Shown here: piece after piece, positions 62,069-64,000 of the stretch
Layout: each line of letters begins with the position of its first letter
How positions within the stretch are numbered: the stretch's first letter is position 1
From: a bacterium
Lineage (GTDB): Bacteria; UBA10199; 2-02-FULL-44-16; JAAZCA01
Length of the DNA: 64,000 nucleotides
Assembly (NCBI GenBank): GCA_021810905.1
Contig: JAJZQH010000007.1
Span: forward strand, 70,455 to 134,454
Direction of reading: 5' to 3'
The notes under the pieces: generated by a model
Databases searched by the model: none
What the model was told of the DNA's origin: nothing
The model's input: the letters and a program-made list of their open reading frames with translations, nothing else
Program-made: the position numbers and the translations under genes

Positions 62069-62626
62069 TCACTTCGTATCGAAAGCTATGCCGGCGCACC
62101 GTTCGATGGCGCGCGCCAGGAGAAAGAGATAGTCGGACAATCTGTTGAGATAGATGAGTCCCTGTTCGTTATTGTAATGTCCGCTTTCCGCGAGAGAAAC
62201 CGTCTGACGCTCCAGCCTGCGAGCGACCGCGCGCGCTACATCCATGGCGGCGGACGCTTCGGTTGCTCCGGGGACGATGAAAGAACGCGGCAATTTGATG
62301 TCGGATTCAAGTTCACGTATGCGGCTTTCTATTCGGCTCACATGCGTTTTTCCTGTCATCTCCACCAGCGGCTGCTCCGCGGGATTTTTTGAAGACAACT
62401 CGGCGCCGAAGCGAAATAAATCCAGCTGCAGCTCTAATATCTCCCTCTCAATCGCGGCTCGACCTCCTCCAGAGATACGTGCCATGAGCGCGCGTGAGAG
62501 CCCAAGCTGGGCGTTCAGCATGTCAATCACACCCATGGCCTCAAGCCGCTGTTCGCTCTTCTTTATCTCTTCTCCGGAAAGGAGCCTGGTGGTGCCTCTG
62601 TCGCCCTGCTTTGTAATTATAGTCAT
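62069..62626 (-). CDS. PduO-type ATP:cob(I)alamin adenosyltransferase
   Basis: TKQGDRGTTRL.....K...R.EA.G..D.LNA..G and FI.PGA....A..D.AR...RR.ER. Confidence 0.9.
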   Translation of the reverse strand: MTIITKQGDRGTTRLLSGEEIKKSEQRLEAMGVIDMLNAQLGLSRALMARISGGGRAAIEREILELQLDLFRFGAELSSKNPAEQPLVEMTGKTHVSRIESRIRELESDIKLPRSFIVPGATEASAAMDVARAVARRLERQTVSLAESGHYNNEQGLIYLNRLSDYLFLLARAIERCAGIAFDTK

Positions 62627-62720
62627 GGGTTGACTTTAGCAGGTCAAGGCCGTCATGGCAACAAGCTGCCTTGACAGAGCACGCATCGACGCTTACCATT
62701 CTATCAACAAGGGGGAAAAA

Positions 62721-63212
62721 ATGTTCGTATTCCGCGCCGTCCTGTGGGGAACGCTGTTTCTTCTGGCTGCTCTCATAGTTGGTCCATGGCTCGCAATGCA
62801 GTTCGACGCGAGTTTTCCCGCACTCTCATTCGGAGGAGCTCGCTACGCGGGCATTTTGCTGGCGGCGATAGGAATTCCGCTCATCATATACTGCGGCGCC
62901 ATTATCTTCATGCCCGGCAAAACGCGCCCAGCTCCATACGATGCCGGCGGCGCATTCACGATCGCGGGTCCCTATCGCTACATTCGGAATCCGTTCATGC
63001 TCGGCGTTATCCTGATCCTCTGGGCTGAGGCGATCTTCATGTCGCGCATCGCGATGATTGCCTACGCATTCATACTGACCTGGGTAATCCATTTTTGGGT
63101 GATCTTCTTCGAAGAACCCGCTTTGGCAGCTGCTTTCGGGAAGGAATACGCTGGATACAAGGCAAAGGTTCCGAGGTGGTTTCCAAAATTCAAAAGATAC
63201 CGTGGATCGTAA
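62721..63212 (+). CDS. isoprenylcysteine carboxyl methyltransferase (ICMT)-family membrane methyltransferase
   Basis: GPYRYIRNPFMLGVILILWAEAIF and EEP.L...FG.EY..Y...VPRW. Start is MFVFRAV after GGGGGAAAAA. Confidence 0.8.
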   Translation: MFVFRAVLWGTLFLLAALIVGPWLAMQFDASFPALSFGGARYAGILLAAIGIPLIIYCGAIIFMPGKTRPAPYDAGGAFTIAGPYRYIRNPFMLGVILILWAEAIFMSRIAMIAYAFILTWVIHFWVIFFEEPALAAAFGKEYAGYKAKVPRWFPKFKRYRGS

Positions 63213-63253
63213 AAACCTGACGGGGTTACGATCCACGAATCACGATCCACGGT
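63199..63253. repeat. heptamer-word hairpin, type-2 loop
   Basis: TACCGTGGATCGTAAAAACC-TGAC-GGGGTTACGATCCACGAATCACGATCCACGGTA. The ICMT gene ends RGS* inside the 5' arm. Confidence 0.7.
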
Positions 63254-63256
63254 ATT

Positions 63257-63793
63257 TCAGAACGATCTATCTACCGGAGACGGCACGATCTGCGTAGACG
63301 ATGGTGTTCCCAGCTCGCTGCGGAGCACGTCGATTTTACTCATCCATTCTTCGTCTGCACCAAGCAGCGCCTCGGCCTTGTCCAGCAAGCCTGCGGCAAC
63401 ATCCGGCTGACCGAGGCGCACGTCGGCCGCGGCAAGATAGTAATAGGCAACGCCATTGGAGGTATCGACATTGACCGCATCCCTGAACTCGCTCGCTGCG
63501 CGCGCGTAGTCCTTCGAATCCATGGATGATTTGCCCTGCTCCACCAGCCGCATCGAGGCCTGACGCTGCGGAGTCAGCACGTCTTCCGTGGAAGGCCTTG
63601 CGTTGGTGCGCATCGGTTCGGCGACCGGCCTCGCCGGAGTCGTCGGAGTCGTTGGAGCTTGAGGAGGCGGGGCTTCCTTGCGAGCCGGCGGCTTTGCGGC
63701 CCTGGGAAATTTCTTGTAGGTGGTCTGCTGCTTTGCACAACCTGCCACGGCGGTTACGGCAAAGATGCATAGAAATATTACAAGCGACTTCAA
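63257..63793 (-). CDS. TPR-like lipoprotein
   Basis: With a TTG start the N-terminus is (M)KSLVIFLCIFAVTAVAGC, a lipobox. A Pro/Ala-rich linker leads to a TPR-like C-terminus (NGVAYYYLAAADVRLGQPDVAAGLLDKAEALL). The longer ORF-track version (to 63958) overlaps the upstream gene end. Confidence 0.55.
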   Translation of the reverse strand: MKSLVIFLCIFAVTAVAGCAKQQTTYKKFPRAAKPPARKEAPPPQAPTTPTTPARPVAEPMRTNARPSTEDVLTPQRQASMRLVEQGKSSMDSKDYARAASEFRDAVNVDTSNGVAYYYLAAADVRLGQPDVAAGLLDKAEALLGADEEWMSKIDVLRSELGTPSSTQIVPSPVDRSF

Positions 63794-64000
63794 AATTCGA
63801 TATCGACCTTTTGATCGGGCTTCGGCTTTGACGGCTGCGGGGCAGCCTGCGGCAGGTCCGCATCCGATGCCGCTGTAGCGGCGTTGATATCTATCTCGTC
63901 GCATGTTTTTACCGGTTCGGTGCCTTCGATGTATGCTTCTACAACGCCTGTCGGACATGAGAAATTCGCAAGCCCGCCCGTGCGCGAATCGACATTTACC
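63790..64000 (-). CDS. C-terminal fragment of an upstream gene, possibly a class A penicillin-binding protein tail
   Basis: The open frame reads VNVDSRTGGLANFSCPTGVVEAYIEGTEPVKTCDE...PKPDQKVDIEF*. Its TGA overlaps the TTG of the next gene (TTGA). The family assignment rests only on resemblance to PBP1A C-termini. Confidence 0.4.
   Translation of the reverse strand, partial: VNVDSRTGGLANFSCPTGVVEAYIEGTEPVKTCDEIDINAATAASDADLPQAAPQPSKPKPDQKVDIEF

Overview
This is a visibly GC-rich chromosomal segment with short AT-rich intergenic islands. It comes from a diderm bacterium, judged from an OmpA-family protein, a TonB-dependent receptor, many lipobox lipoproteins and two sigma-54 activators. I cannot assign a lineage from sequence alone. 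I support about 55 protein genes. Most are housekeeping: pit fragment, galU, asnS, rluA-family, nth, polX, rlmH, elbB, priA, def-fmt-rpe, dinB-like, queG, gdh, cutA, PduO-type adenosyltransferase. These are interspersed with accessory blocks. I saw no rRNA, tRNA, CRISPR array, transposase, integrase or phage genes. The points that stand out are listed here. (1) A cobalamin-riboswitch-led locus runs btuB, two paralogous lipoproteins, then btuF/C/D. (2) A 1687-aa fusion protein (Ser/Thr kinase, STAND ATPase, TPR, GAF, sigma-54 activator) faces a canonical -24/-12 promoter that drives an unknown lipoprotein. (3) A ~5.2 kb insertion between priA and def-fmt carries an AAA/PD-(D/E)xK-like ATPase and a 1152-aa orphan protein. 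(4) A Pat-type GNAT domain is fused to an acetyl-CoA hydrolase/transferase, next to an ADP-forming acyl-CoA synthetase, in a tightly packed operon with polX and nth. (5) There is an unusually heavy load of small palindromic repeat families. One set of hairpins has arms built from tandem 7-8 nt words; these arms supply the stop codons of several genes. Other elements sit in-frame inside coding sequence (queG, btuB, btuF). All functional calls come from motif recognition by eye. No database search was run.
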